Below are positions 24,882-37,810 of a DNA stretch of 64,000 nucleotides, in pieces. The DNA is from Xylographa opegraphella (lineage: Eukaryota). A program made the position numbers and the translations under genes. The stretch's first letter is position 1; every line of letters begins with the position of its first letter. The notes under the pieces were generated by a model. The model was not told the DNA's origin, searched no databases, and saw only the letters and a list, made by a program, of their open reading frames with translations. The stretch lies in the NCBI GenBank assembly GCA_022813865.1, contig JALDZX010000003.1, positions 310,001-374,000 of the forward strand. Direction: 5' to 3'.

Positions 24882-26065
24882 ACTTTTTTTCTCTTACGGG
24901 TTTGAAACGGAAAATTAGCCAAGTTCTTGACGTCCAAATCGTGTTTCCCGCAGTGTGCGGTTCAAATGGGCTTCGGCGAATGCGCTTGACCCTCCACGAC
25001 TTTTGATGCCAGCCGCCCACAACCGGTTTTTTCGCAATTTTTCGCAGAACACCAGCCGTTTGGCAGCGGCGGCGCCGATTGGCTTTCTTCTTCTGCCGTC
25101 CTTTTTTTTTTGTTCGAACCCCCATGGCTTGAAAAGGGGGAAGAGGAAGGATGACGGGGGGGGATATCGACAGCGGGAATAGCACACGACACGTTCAAAA
25201 ACGGGAGAGGGAGAGAAAAGAGGGGCATCAAAAGACAATTATCGCGAGATTGCGAAAGAGGAGGAGGAAGCGGATTGGCTGGACCAGAAGGGATCTTTCT
25301 AGCGGGGAAAGAAAGGTGATGCTTCGAAAATGGTGAAGGGAGAGAGAGAGAGAGAAGGGAAGCGTCACCCCCGCTTTGGCGTGGTGTGTGGTTGGAAGAC
25401 CCGCATCGTGGTGATGGTGATGATGGTGGGTGAGGCTGGTGACGGCTTTTGATATTGCTCAAAACGAGTAGATGCCGTGGTTTACCCAATAAGAAGAAAG
25501 GGGGGAGATGGCTACGAGCTGTGTAAACGATGGTGTAGCGTAGTGCAACGGGCCAGCGCTGAGAAACAGACAGTATCTCCACTTCTTAAGCAAATAGATA
25601 GCCGGGTCGAAGGGACTACAAAAAAAGTATTCAAAGTCTCATATACCCAGCCGAGCCGCAAAAGAGAAACAGAGATGGACGTCTCGCACAGCACGTATTG
25701 CAAGCAGGCCCGTTGCAGAAGTGAGCATAAGGTAGCATACACGCCATTGCCGTGTTTCTCTGCTTCGATCTATCTATCTATCAACATGCATCTCCATCCT
25801 CTCCCTCCCCCAAAAAGACCCAGCTCCAGAATGCCGACTTGCAGCACGCAAGCCACCAGGCCCAAAAAACCATACATATCCAATCCGCCAACAAAGCATC
25901 CAGGCCCGCTCTTCCCGCAGGCCCGTGCCGCCAAGAAGTGAAGTGAAGATAAAAAAAAAGAAGTGAAGTATGTGCAAGTCATTCCACCGTATCTCATAAC
26001 CCGGTGTCCCTGCCACTAAAAAAATGTGTCACTCAAGAATTCGTAGCCACCCATAGTCCCACATT

Positions 26066-28311
26066 TCAAACCGAAGCACCGGCGAAATGCGCTCCTTTGT
26101 ACTGGTTGTGACGACGCAGGTGCGAGCGACGACGGCGAGTGGCGGGCGCGACATTGGTGAAGACGCTTAGACGTGCGGGAGCGCCGCAGATCTCGGTGGC
26201 GGAGCCCTCGCACGGCACGTTGCAGTCGGTGTCGGGCTCGAGCTGGCTGTCGACGAGCTGATTGCCGCAGAAGCACTGGCCGGCGTTTTCAGTGCCGGCG
26301 TAGGAGAAGCCCTTGTCGGAGCAGTACAGCGCGCACCCAGACGAGGTCATCTTCTCGCCCCACCACGCGAACGTGATGCCGCTGAGGGTGCGGGGGTTCA
26401 GATTGTCGAGGTAGCAGCCTGCAGAGGTCCAGCCCGAGGGTAAGGTCACACTGGACGTTGTGGAGTTCGACGGGCAAGCGGTGGGTTCGGCGGACGGAGC
26501 AGAGGATGGCGCTGCTGAAGATGCGGCGGAGGGAATGACGGAGAGAATGGCCGACGGAGTTGCCGATGGGACTATCGGATCGACTGCCGACGTTGCAACA
26601 GATTCACCAGATCCGACACCGTCCGAACCACTGGGTGCGGAAGCAGCGGCGGCGCTTGTGGACGAAGATGAATCCGAAGCCGCGGCGATCGAGGCGGTAG
26701 AAGCACTTGAAGCGCTAGGTGCAGGTGTTTGTGTTGGACCAGCGACGGTCGATGGGGCATAAGTAGCAGCCACAGCGGTGACCGACGGCACAGAACCCCC
26801 AGCACCAGCGATACCAAACTGTACATTTTCGCAGGTGCTACCACACTTCTGATAGAGGGACAAGCGATTACCGGCGCCGCACATCTCCGTGCTATTTCCC
26901 GTGCACGGCATGTTGCAAGTCCCAATAACACCAGGGGTGGGGGATGCACGAGCTGGCAGATCGTTGCCGCAGAAGCATTGGGAAGCATATTCAAGGCCGG
27001 CGATCGAGTAGCCTTTGCCCCCACAGAGAGCAATGCAAGTCTCCACTGTCATGGTCGCGTCGTCCTGGAGAGGGCCGGTCAACGCAGGGCTCCCATATGT
27101 GTCAATGCCGCATCCTAGGTACGCCCATCCTTTAGAGGTCTCATCGGTGTAAATGCTCGATGTGAAGATGCCCAATGTCTTACTCGCCGCGCAGTCAGGG
27201 ACTGGCTGTGGACTATCGGTGACCGGGTTGCAGCCTGGGAGTGCGTCCAGAGTGCCGGTGACTTGCTCATCGACCATCGGCGGCAAGGAGCATTGTTGGC
27301 CAGAGATAGCGGGGGCGGTAAAGATGTTGTTGGAGTAAACATTGTCAGCGCTTCCAGCATCGTTGGTGGTGAACTGGTCAATCCCCTTCTGGAGAAGCTC
27401 CACATCCCACCCATTGACCTAATCATTCCACTATCAACAATGAACACACCGTCACGAGGCAAATAACTTACGAAATCACCATGAAAGCCATAGCCGGTAT
27501 TGTCACCCATCGAGTACACAAAGGGCATTGGACCCCCATTCCAGTTGAAGTCGCCAGTGTCGAAAATGAACTCGTAAAAGATGGAGATCATGGGAACCGG
27601 ATGATCATCGGGACACTGTCCACCGTCAGGGCGACCGCCCAGCGGATAGGCCATGTGCGACTGGTGATCGGCCGAGTCGAGGTTCACCCCATCCCAGCAC
27701 GAGGGGAAATAGACTTGAGAACGGATGCCATCGGGGCAATTGACCGTGGGAAAGCCGGCCGATTGTGGTGGGCCTCCTCCGTTGTAATTCAGGCACACGT
27801 GCGAGATGGCTTCTTGCTGTTCGGTCTCATTGTAGGCACGGAGCTCGGGATTACCAGCTGTCATCCGGAAGCCTGCGGGAAAAGCAGTCAGGTTCTTGCC
27901 GGGGTACGTGACACGCTGCCTATACTTGCATCAGTCATTGATACCCGCGTAGGTGTTTAGCGACGGTTCTTACTCATAATACACGGTTCCGCCCGAGACG
28001 GGGACGCTTGTGAAAGTTCCATTAGTATTGACGTGATACATGGACGGGACCCAGTAGTTGGAGAAATCGCCCTGAATGGCACACGATGTGCAGGTTGAGG
28101 CTTGAGTGGAAGCATAGTCCATGGTGGGAGCAAAGCCATTCCCGCCCAGAATTATATGGGTATGACCTGATACCTGTCCCGGGGTGACGACGGGGTCGAG
28201 CCGGCCAGTCAGCAAAGTGCCGTCGCATGGCATCCTCCAGTAAGCTTGGACGGAGGTGGTCCAAGACGACAAAAGCCCGAAGGCGAAGAAAGAAAGTGTG
28301 TTGGTATACAT
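26066..28311 (-). CDS. Secreted DUF1996 + two WSC domain protein
   Basis: Signal peptide; RLDPVVTPG...HTH, DFSNYWVP, FPAGFRMTAGNP, FPSCWDG, DHQSHMAYP, GYGFHGDF (DUF1996); two WSC repeats (GLEYASQCFCG, GTENAGQCFCG) separated by a Ser/Ala linker; two introns. Confidence 0.93.
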
Positions 28312-30980
28312 TTTGAACCGTGGATGGAGTGTTGGATGGGGATCAACGGTCCAGAATATATGAAGAGCCCGATGTCAAATCTGGGCGAGGCAAAGATAAG
28401 GAAGGTGTCGTCGACAATCGAGTCAACTGGCTGCAAGCTGGGCAGAAGGAGTGTGGTGGGATCAATGAATGTACGTTCCACAGGAACTGAATCAGAAGTA
28501 AGGACAGTGAGACGGGTGAAGGAGGACACCCAAGAGAGTTGATGGGTGAAAGAAAGATTGAAACAAAGAGAGAGGTGAAGAGTCAGTCAAGTACCGAGTC
28601 GCTACGGCTGTCTTCACCACAAGCCCACTCTAGCATCCCAGCAAACAGGGAGTGTGAATGAGAGGCACTAATTTACTAGGCGCGGGAGATGAAACACGAT
28701 TTATCGATAAAGAAATCGCGGTGCAGAACATAAGGTTCAAGGCCTGTGTGATGAGCAGGGAGAGGAGGGTTCGGGAGGAGGTCGACCCAAGATTTGAAGG
28801 CCCTTGCGCCGGAGGAGCGAGGTGTGGTGGTAGATTAACATTGATTAATATCGGATTGTGGGATACCTACACCCTTCATCACCACTACTAGAAACACACG
28901 AGGATCAGGATCGTGCCAGGGTGGTGTTGAAGCCATGTGGCATCCTGCACACTCCAGTTCTATTCGGGTCCTTTGACACTGGCTATTTGTGTTTCCCCTT
29001 GTGCCATCAGACAAGACGACAAAGACCGACAATGGAGAACACCACCAACGGGACGATGTTCAGGCTTTCATGCAAGTGATAAGGAGATGGTGGATGATTC
29101 TGTCGTCGGCAGCACAGCTGCATCCTGGTGCCGCTAGCCGCTACCGGCTAGAGCATCCTTGCCAGCACATGGCAAGTTTCGTTTCCTTCCTGCTCTTACC
29201 CGACCCGGTTAGCTCGTCTACTCTATTGGCACGCCGAGCAATCTCGAGCCGGGGATCGGTGAGAGTTTTGCCGCATGTTCCGTTCCTGAAAATCCAACGC
29301 CGCCAGCCGAGTGGTGCGTCATACCATTGGGCGGCACATACCCCTGACGTAATTAAGGTAGATAGTCAATAGTCAGAGAGCGGGACGAAATGTCGCAAGC
29401 GGCTACGGCCAATCCAGGCACCCGAGCATAGATTGCACGGGAACGAATCGATCATCGCCCATTCATGGATCAGAGAAACAATTGTCCTGCTTTGTAAGAA
29501 ACGCTTCATTCGAATATCAAGATGCCTCCCGAAACAGTCTTTCCTCAACATCTACCAAACCGTCACGAGTCAACCAACTCTGTAATCCTTGGGGCACGAC
29601 CACCCTCCCGCCCCGGGCCTCGGGCTTCGAGATCCTGCGTCTTATGCTCGTTGGTTCGTCGGGATGGCCACGACTTCCCTCGGATCGGGATGGTCAGCGC
29701 CGCGAAACCAGGATCAATCCCGACGTGTGCAAACGCTCAGGTCCTTGATTCCAACTGTACGCACTGCACTTTCACAGAATGAGGATGCTGCTGGTGAGGG
29801 TGCGGGGTGGCCTCCCCACTCCCCCTTCCTCCCCCATGCCTACCGACACACTTCCGCGTGAGGTTGTGCGTATCGATAACCCGAGGGGGTGAACGCGCGC
29901 GGCTTGCCCGTTTCGAAACAACCAAACAAACCAGAGCTTTTTGCCCACCGCACACAGAATGAAAAAAACTTCAGGAGTGGAGGAGCAATCCGATGGGCTG
30001 GTGGCGGCGAGACGCGCAGCAACGAGCGAGGAATGATCCCGCTGCAATTTAAACCTCAAACCCGAGCCAACTGCACCCAAGGCCACCCACCCAACTGGAA
30101 CCCGCTTGGCTGCAGGCACAAGCCTTTTCGTTCCTTTGTCGCACGACTTCTCGTCGGTCGGCGTCGGCATCGATAACACCATCAAAGACCATCTAGACTG
30201 CACAAACCGGGTGATCGGAGATTCAGCAAGCCCGAAAACGGCACCGATCGATATCGCCCGTGCTTTCGCCAGGACGGTCTTCATGGCTGCATGGCTACCT
30301 ACCTTACCTTTACTTACCACTCCATCGACGCCGACATCCTTGACGTGCAGCCGGCCAGACCCATCATTACCATCCACCACCGCAGTGGCTGGGGAGATCT
30401 CCCCACTGCCAACGAACATCATCCAGCTGCCGCATGCACGCACTCTATTCCCACCTGTTGTGTATGTACCTCAGTCGCCACCGATGGGACTTTCATCCAC
30501 CCCCCAAGATATCAAATCAACCATCAACTGCCAATCTATCTCCATCTCATCTCCCCCATCCCCATATCCCAAACCCAAATGCTCCACCTCCTCCCTACCT
30601 ATCTGCTAACCTTCCCTCCGCACTGCATCCAATCACCCACAAACGACAAAAGCCAAGCTCCAGCCAACATCTCCAAACACCCTCACCTACATCTCCCCAC
30701 AACAGTACCTCTCAACTCTCCCCTCGCCCTCACCCCTACCCCTCCCCCTCCCCGCAATCCCTCGCTCCAAACTCCCGTCCTCCCTTCCCCTTCCACCATC
30801 ATCGTCACCTTCCCCTCTCCACCAGAACAAGGCACGACCGCACCTCCCCCTCGCTTCGCTGCACCGCCATACATACGCGACCGTTGCACAAGGGGGCGTC
30901 TGGGCCCTGCTCTGGCCCCCCGCCTCCCCTTCGGCTGGGCGCCTGCGTGCGGGTGGGGGGTGGGGTGCATGGGACCATCC

Positions 30981-31230
30981 GGCAGATCTCCCTTCAAACC
31001 AATGGACAGGGAGATGCGTGCAGATTTAATCTCATCGACGTTGCTGACGGCGGCGGCAGATTGATGGGCATATGTGTAGATCTAATTGCATGGACGTTGC
31101 TGACCGCAATGGTAGATTCCCTTCCAAACCAGTGGATAGGGGCATACGTGCAGATCCAATCTCATCGACGTGCTGACTGCAGTGGCAGATCAATGGGCAT
31201 CCGTGCAGAGCCATCTCATGGACATGTTGG
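30981..31230. repeat. Degenerate tandem repeat: two ~130-bp units, each containing two ~54-bp subunits
   Basis: GG(C/T)AGAT..CCCTTC.AAACCA.TGGA at 30981 and 31111; core (C/T)GTG(C/T)AGA...CAT.GAC at 31017, 31073, 31147 and 31202. Confidence 0.75.
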
Positions 31231-31683
31231 AGCATGGTCCGCCATCTGAGATCTAGACTTAACGAGAGCTTTGATGCGCTACCAAGATATACTCTACGCT
31301 ATGGCACTTCTGCGCCCGTCTTCCTGCTCCGGCCCCCGCCATTCGAGCGCTCCTGCCAGCGAGCGAGGAAGGGAGTGCACGGCCGTGCTCGTCGTTACAG
31401 GCGCGCAAACCCTGTGACAACCGTGGCCCTGGGCTGTACTCCGTATACCTTCCACCGTCCGTCGCATGACCGCCCGTGCTCCGCGGGGCATACCTTCCAC
31501 AGCGCCGTAGCTCCTTCTCCGTGCTACAATGCCCGTTTTCTCGTGCGATGCCAAAGATGCCGATCACCTGGGTGAGGGGCTTGTCAAGTCGTTGCGCCAA
31601 ATAGAAAGCCCATGAGGGACCTTCCCTTTTCGCGGCTGGTAGGCACTGGTATTCGAGGTCTGCAGTCGGGCGACTTACCATGC

Positions 31684-33420
31684 TCATCCTTTCCGTTTCT
31701 TTCCCCGAGGTTGGCCGTGATCTCCTCCGGCTGCGTTCTCCCCTCCAATCACAAACTCGGGGCTGTTGAGGTCCAGCGTACTTCGAAGGACCGTCATCGC
31801 GATGATGTCCTTGGTGAAGCAGCGCCATCCGTCCGCTATAAGCTTTGCAAGTTGAGGGTCGTCACAGGAGGAAATGATGATTCCGACCGATTGATCTTTG
31901 CATCCTGGATATCGGGCTTCGATGGTTGCGCCACCGTGGATGGCTATTCCCTTCAGGTCGCCCAAGGCCTTGCCCAGATCCTTCTTGACGACCGGCGTAA
32001 ACCACACTTTGTATCCATCAAAGGGTATGTGTTGGGACCGCCCGCGCTCGATGGCTTCGGAGAGCGAGATACCCAGCTTTGTTTCCAGTGAGCGGTCGTC
32101 GGGAATGAAGTCGCGAGGATCCAGCAGTTCTTGAGCCTTGGCGCTGCTGAACGCCCACCTGTCGCTGATCACGGGCTTGCCCAGGGCCACGGCAACCACC
32201 AAGTTCGTTGTCGTCTTGAGCTAGCCCGTACCGACGCATAGGTAATCACAGTCATCTGTGGTACCGACCTTACGTACACCTAGGCTTCGCAAGATCTTCA
32301 TCACGCTGGGCAGGGTGTCGACGGTGGTACTGCTTCCGAATTGGACCTTGATCGAGTCCATACTGGGGGTAATCTCAGTAGCGAAGCTGCTACTGTAGAT
32401 GCCCTTTTCAATTCCAAGGAAGCTGCTACTGGCGGGAAGTCCGGAGTTACTGGCTTAAGACATTTGGTTTGGGATTTCCATGAGAATTCTTGACTTCTGG
32501 ATAGGCCGAGGGTGGACCACTATCGTGATTTCGGATTCTTCTGTATCTTCATCACCCCATCTTCCAGTGGGACCTGAAGCTGTATCGTTCTGCAGCCCTG
32601 CTCTTTCCAGTAGATCGTCCACACGTCTGGAAGTGCTATCTTGCGTGTCATTCTCCACTTCCTCTCGCACTATGTCCTTGAATAAGGGAGACCTTGACTT
32701 TGGTACCGCCGGAACATGGTGCACAAGATCATGCTGGTGATCATCGTCGTTTCCCTTCGCTCGAGTAGTGGCTTGGACAGATGTAGAGTCGGCAGAGTCG
32801 CTACCACGGCGGATACTATCACGATGGATACTATCATGACGGATGTGGCCGAATATACTTGACTCATTGTGATGCTTTTCGAGAGTGCTTGATTGACTGT
32901 CGTGAGACAATGGCTTGAACTCGTTGTTTTGCGGACTTGTATCGTTACCCAATTTTGATTTCGAGTCGTCTGCAATTGGCAACACATCTTCTGTCATAGC
33001 ATGGAATCTGCCGTCTTGTATGTTCTTAATTGGTTCATTCGTCACCGTTGCAAGTGTCCGCTCAGGATCTACACTTGTACCAGGTGAGAGTCTACCATCA
33101 GCTGGGTCGCCATGATCTAATCCTGTTTCGGAACCTAGATCAATGATGTTTGTTGGCTCTCTTTCCGAAGCCTTTTGACATAACTCAAGTGAGAAGTCAA
33201 CATTGTCCACGAGGAACGCATCTCCAGAGCGGAGCTGTACACGCGATCTCGAAGTACCGTCCGATGGCCAAATCAGAATCCCGTCGTTTTTGCTATCGTG
33301 TCCTTGTGAGTTAGAGTTGAACAGGGAGCCAATGATCTTCACTCCGACCTGCAGTGCTTCCAAGAATATAGCAGAACTATAGTTATCTAGGATTATTGTG
33401 AGATCGCTGGATGACAACAA
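31684..33420 (-). pseudogene. Tandem-BRCT domain protein with two in-frame stop codons
   Basis: One frame from 33420 to 31684, broken only by TAA (32457-32455) and TAG (32223-32221). The C-terminus reads CDYLCVGTG*LKTTTNLVVAVALGKPVISDRW...FDGYKVWFTP...HGG...FTKDIIAMTVL, typical of a BRCT pair. 5' end unresolved. Confidence 0.75.
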
Positions 33421-34696
33421 CGAAAAGAAGATTACGTACGAAGAGTGGCATACGATCTGGGTTTATTACCTTCAATCACTTTAAGTTTGTTAGTTTTGGT
33501 TGAGACAATAGAGTATGTAATGCAGTTATGGTTGTTGCCAATCTTGAATCGATGACCCAATGAGCTCCCATCAGACACTCTCTGATGCAACAGAGCATCA
33601 AGTATTTCTCTAACCCTGGTATAGAGTAGTAGTTTGTATAATATTTTGGACAATATTTAGCTCTGGTGTACGGACATTCATCATGGTCTGTTTGCATCTT
33701 ATGCGTCTCTATCTGCCTAAGGTTTGATCGAGGAAAGTGGCTTTCCATTGATCTGAGCTGAGGTACCTTACCTTACGTCAACAAAGTGAGAGTCAACAGG
33801 TTTTAGGGCTTGACAAGCACTCATATGCTAAGCTGAATACGCATTAGCGTCATATCCCATGTTTATCTTCGACATCCACTTCAATCTCCATTTCTTCAAT
33901 ACACGCGAAGTAATCATCATATCGGAATTTGAATCATTGACGAATATATCAGCAATGCCAATCTGAGTTAGAGAGTGCTTTTTCTGTTTCGTATCTAAAC
34001 ACCTCCGTGTGATCCGGTAAATTTGTGAATCCTCACTTCATCGGTTCGGGATGAGGACAATACTAAGGAAAGACAAAAGGATGGCCACCAGATTTGCAAC
34101 ATGCTTCCGGCTAGGAACCATACCAACCTGGCGGTTTGATTGGTGGCGCTTTGAGACTGGTGCGATTTGCAGATCTCGATGTCTCATGATGAATGAAGGC
34201 TTCTCTGCCTTGTGGTAGTATTGTATCGAGGGGAACTTCGGCTGAAGTCCCCACTTCTGTATATTGTGCTCGTGTGAAGCACTTCATATTCTTCAGTGCA
34301 TATAACCCTAAAACATATTGTTCTGCTGGGACGAAATCCATTTCTGCGCAACCATCTCTCTTGAGTTCTATTGTTTCAAATGGCTCCGCCCATTTTTAAG
34401 CCGTCTATTCTTCTCTAACAGCACACTCGTAATCTTCACACACACCACTATACCTCTCCTAAAACCGAGTCTCTTCCACCTCTTCTTCCTCTTCAACCAT
34501 CCCGACCACTCCGACATTTGCTCGTTCATCATAATATTCCTTCTCCTTGAGAAGCGATCACAAATCTACTTTCACGCAGCTCTCATAGAAGTCCGGAACA
34601 TCTCGATCACTTCACTACCTCTATCGCGATCATTCATCTCATCTCATCTACTGTCACCTCGGAAACAAGGCCGAGGCTCTTCAGATCATTCCAGTC

Positions 34697-35816
34697 ATGT
34701 CTTCGGGCACCACTTTCGATCCCTACAGTCAGCCCTTCACACTTTTCCAAGCAGATGGCACGCCATTCAACGTAACCATTCCGCAGGTAGATGACTTCAT
34801 CCTCTATAGTGTGCAGATCTGCATCAACTATGCGGCTCAGCTTGGAGCTTCGATAGTGCTGCTGCTTATGCTTGTTCTGCTCACGAAACCAGAGAAACGA
34901 ACCACACCAATCTTCATTCTCAACTCAATTTCCCTGGGGTTTAACATCATCAGGAATGTTCTGCAGTGTCTATACTTTACGGGACCTTTCAATGAAACCT
35001 ACACATACTTCGCCGGAGATTTCTCCAGAGTTCCTACCTCGGCTTACGCGACTTCGATCACTGCCACACTTTTTACCTTCCTCCTTTTGATCACCATCGA
35101 GATATCGCTATGTCTTCAGGTTCAGGTGGTCTGCGTGACCCTCCGAGACGTTTACCGCCAGATCATCTTCGCAGTTTCAACAGCCGTAGCTCTGGTGGCT
35201 ATCGGGTTTCGCTTGGCTCTTCTGGTCTTGAACTCGCAATCAACCCTCTCCCTGACCTATCTTGAACCACTAGATTGGCTTACAAGTGCGACAAACATCA
35301 CAACCACAATCAGTATCTGCTGGTTCTGCACAGTATTCGTTACTAAGTTGGGTTTTGCATTGCAGCAGAGGAGGAGGCTTGGGATCCGCCGCTTCGGACC
35401 AATGCAAATTTTATTCATTATCGGCTGTCAAACTCTGATCATTCCAGGTGGGTTAATCTTGCTTGCATACTGCAAATCTTGCTGATAGTATTCAAATAGT
35501 CATATTTTCAATCTTGGAATACACCACTCAGATCCCATCAATGGACTCGAATGTCTTGACTCTTGTTTCAATCTTCACGCCTCTTTCAGCGATGTGGGCT
35601 GCCTCGTCTATAGCTTCGGGCAAACCAGGTTCATCACCACAGGCCCGGCACCGCAAGTCGAGCTTGGAAGGTAATTATAGCGACAAGAAAGTTTTTGGTG
35701 GCCCTCTGAGTTCTTCGTATGGCGCATCTACCCGAGCATCTCTTTCACCCCTCGCTAGTCCAGCACACGAACGCTTTCTACAAGTGGGTACCGACCTTGA
35801 GAGGCAAGGCTTATAG
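34697..35816 (+). CDS. STE2: Alpha-factor-type pheromone receptor (STE2/PRE-2 GPCR)
   Basis: FDPYSQPFT, INYAAQLGAS, TPIFILN, RRRLGIRRFGPMQILFIIGCQTLIIP, PLSAMWA; seven hydrophobic segments; intron ~35448-35499. Confidence 0.95.
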
Positions 35817-36568
35817 GGACAGCGAGATTGAGTGGCGTTAGACCGTCAGCGATACAAATATACCTGGTCACTTGGAGCTGACACTTCGGTTACACTTGCG
35901 AAGTATCTCCTTTGGCATAGTGGATCTCATGACAACTGCACGAATTCCGCAGCATTCTCTTTCATTCTCTGTTACCCAAATCACAGCTTCTACAGGCATC
36001 CTGTTTTCAAACTGCATAAACTATGGTTCTCAGTTGGCGCTCTTTCAGTACAGTACCCTTTATCTCTACTCAATCACGCTCGAACTCGAGCTTACCCATT
36101 GTTCATTATTCGGGTTGGAGGACAGGAAAAGTCCTGTTAATGCGGCAGTAGCTTTCTTAGCAGATGAAACATAACTTATACAATGAACCTTCTTACAGAA
36201 TCTCTACTGGCAAATCACTTTGAAGCACCTTTCGGCACCACCACTAATGATCATATGTCCCAGTCATTACAACATGTGAACTGGTATTGCGGCAATAAAT
36301 GAGCCTCTGGTGATATACACAGCACCTTCGTAGTGACCGCTTGTATGTCAGCTGTAATTTGTACGTCCTCGTTAGATCTTTACTTTTCCTACTCCATCGT
36401 TGCTTCTGAGGTATTTTTGTTCAAGGGTCAGGAAGCATTTATAATATTTACTTTCACACATGGTGGCTGTACATAATGAGAATTCTTATTCAGGGTCGGA
36501 AATTGGTGGATTACCCACACAATGAACAGATTAAGCAGAAGATCGGATAACATCACAGAATTGTTAGA

Positions 36569-37500
36569 TTAGAGCTGCCATCGTAATACAAAACCATAAA
36601 CAGTCTTCCTCAGAAGCTCATCCCCCCTGTCTTCGGTAAACATAACATTCTCCATTGCCTTCTCCAATACTTTCTCGACCACGAACCCTCCTTGTCTGGC
36701 CAGATCGAAGAAAGCCATGTCATTGTCGAACAGCCACGGACGGTATGGCGTGAAAAATACCAGAGCACTTGCGGCCGGTAACCTTCTCAAGGTGAGACCA
36801 ACGGTGTGGAGCAATTTGGCATGCTCGGAGTGATTGAAAAGCAAGTCCGCCAGTATTAGGAGATCGAATCCTGATGACATGTTGGCGGACAATGGTGCTC
36901 CCCACAGGTAACCCTAAGTAGATGTCTCAGCTTGTGTAGTTGCAGACCAGGGTCCCCACACTACCTCTGCAATTACTTCGGATTCGGACACCTTCAAAGG
37001 TTTGCAATTGTCGATGTTGAGCTGCAAGTTCTCAACGAGTTCCTCGTCTGGATAGTCGGTAATCACCACCTTCCACCAACTTAGGACAGAAGCATATCGA
37101 AGCGGCAAACAATGCATACCTTTCGGGCTCCCAGAATGCCACATACTATACCAGGAAGACCGGCTCCGGCGCCCAATTCTAATACATCCTTGTGCTCAAC
37201 AAGATCGGCAACATGCTGCTGTAAGTACTCAGACACGACCTGGCCTCCATTCCACAAGAGGTGGCCCTATCGAAGCATGAGCGGCTGGCTGATAATCGAA
37301 GACGCTGGCCGTACCCAGAGAGGATTATGGCCGACGAGCCTCATATGTAGCTTTTCGCCCGATAGTAATGTATGCTCGGCAAAGCTTGGCGGGTCTTTTG
37401 GTCTGAAGTAGCCATCTGGCTCTTGGAAGAGTGCTGTATCTGTAAGGTCTTCGCTATCTTCAATTTCGGGTGAAGCCGTAGGACCAGATATATTCTCCAT
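36569..37500 (-). CDS. NNT1: Protein N-terminal/lysine methyltransferase Efm7 (Nnt1)
   Basis: Four exons: LFQEPDGY, RLVGHNPLW|GHLLWNGG, VLELGAGAGLP, VVITDYPD, FDLLILADLLFNHSEH, FFTPYRPWL, MFTEDRGDELLR. Confidence 0.92.
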
Positions 37501-37810
37501 TATTGCCTTATGCGTTCCTGCTCTCGGTATTATCTCTTGAATAACTCTTCATAAATGCCCTGGTCTATATCATCCTTGCAAAAGCGGTCGATAGCACCTA
37601 TAGGTAATTAGGCTTCATGGTACTCCGAGGTATATAGAGCTTCGTCATGCCCAAGTGCTGTCCATTGCCTTGCGTCTCGATGTCCTACACTGCCTTTCAA
37701 GCTCTGAATCATGTCTTCTTTCACTTGCGATGACGACTGAAGTGTAGAACTTGCCTATCCCACAGCTTCCCGCCCATGGTCGGCTTGGGTTGCCCATCTC
37801 GCGCTTCACC

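Noticed and set aside
30981..31230. CRISPR-like array
   Set aside because: Units are degenerate and adjacent without unique equal-length spacers; eukaryotic context and no cas genes.
30106..31249. Long Pro/His-rich ORFs (167-271 aa) in three frames
   Set aside because: All frames are open because C-rich DNA lacks stop codons; no domain, start context or splice evidence.
19000..34000. Starship or other giant transposon call
   Set aside because: No DUF3435-like tyrosine recombinase, transposase, terminal inverted repeat or target-site duplication was recognisable; kept only as an accessory-block observation.
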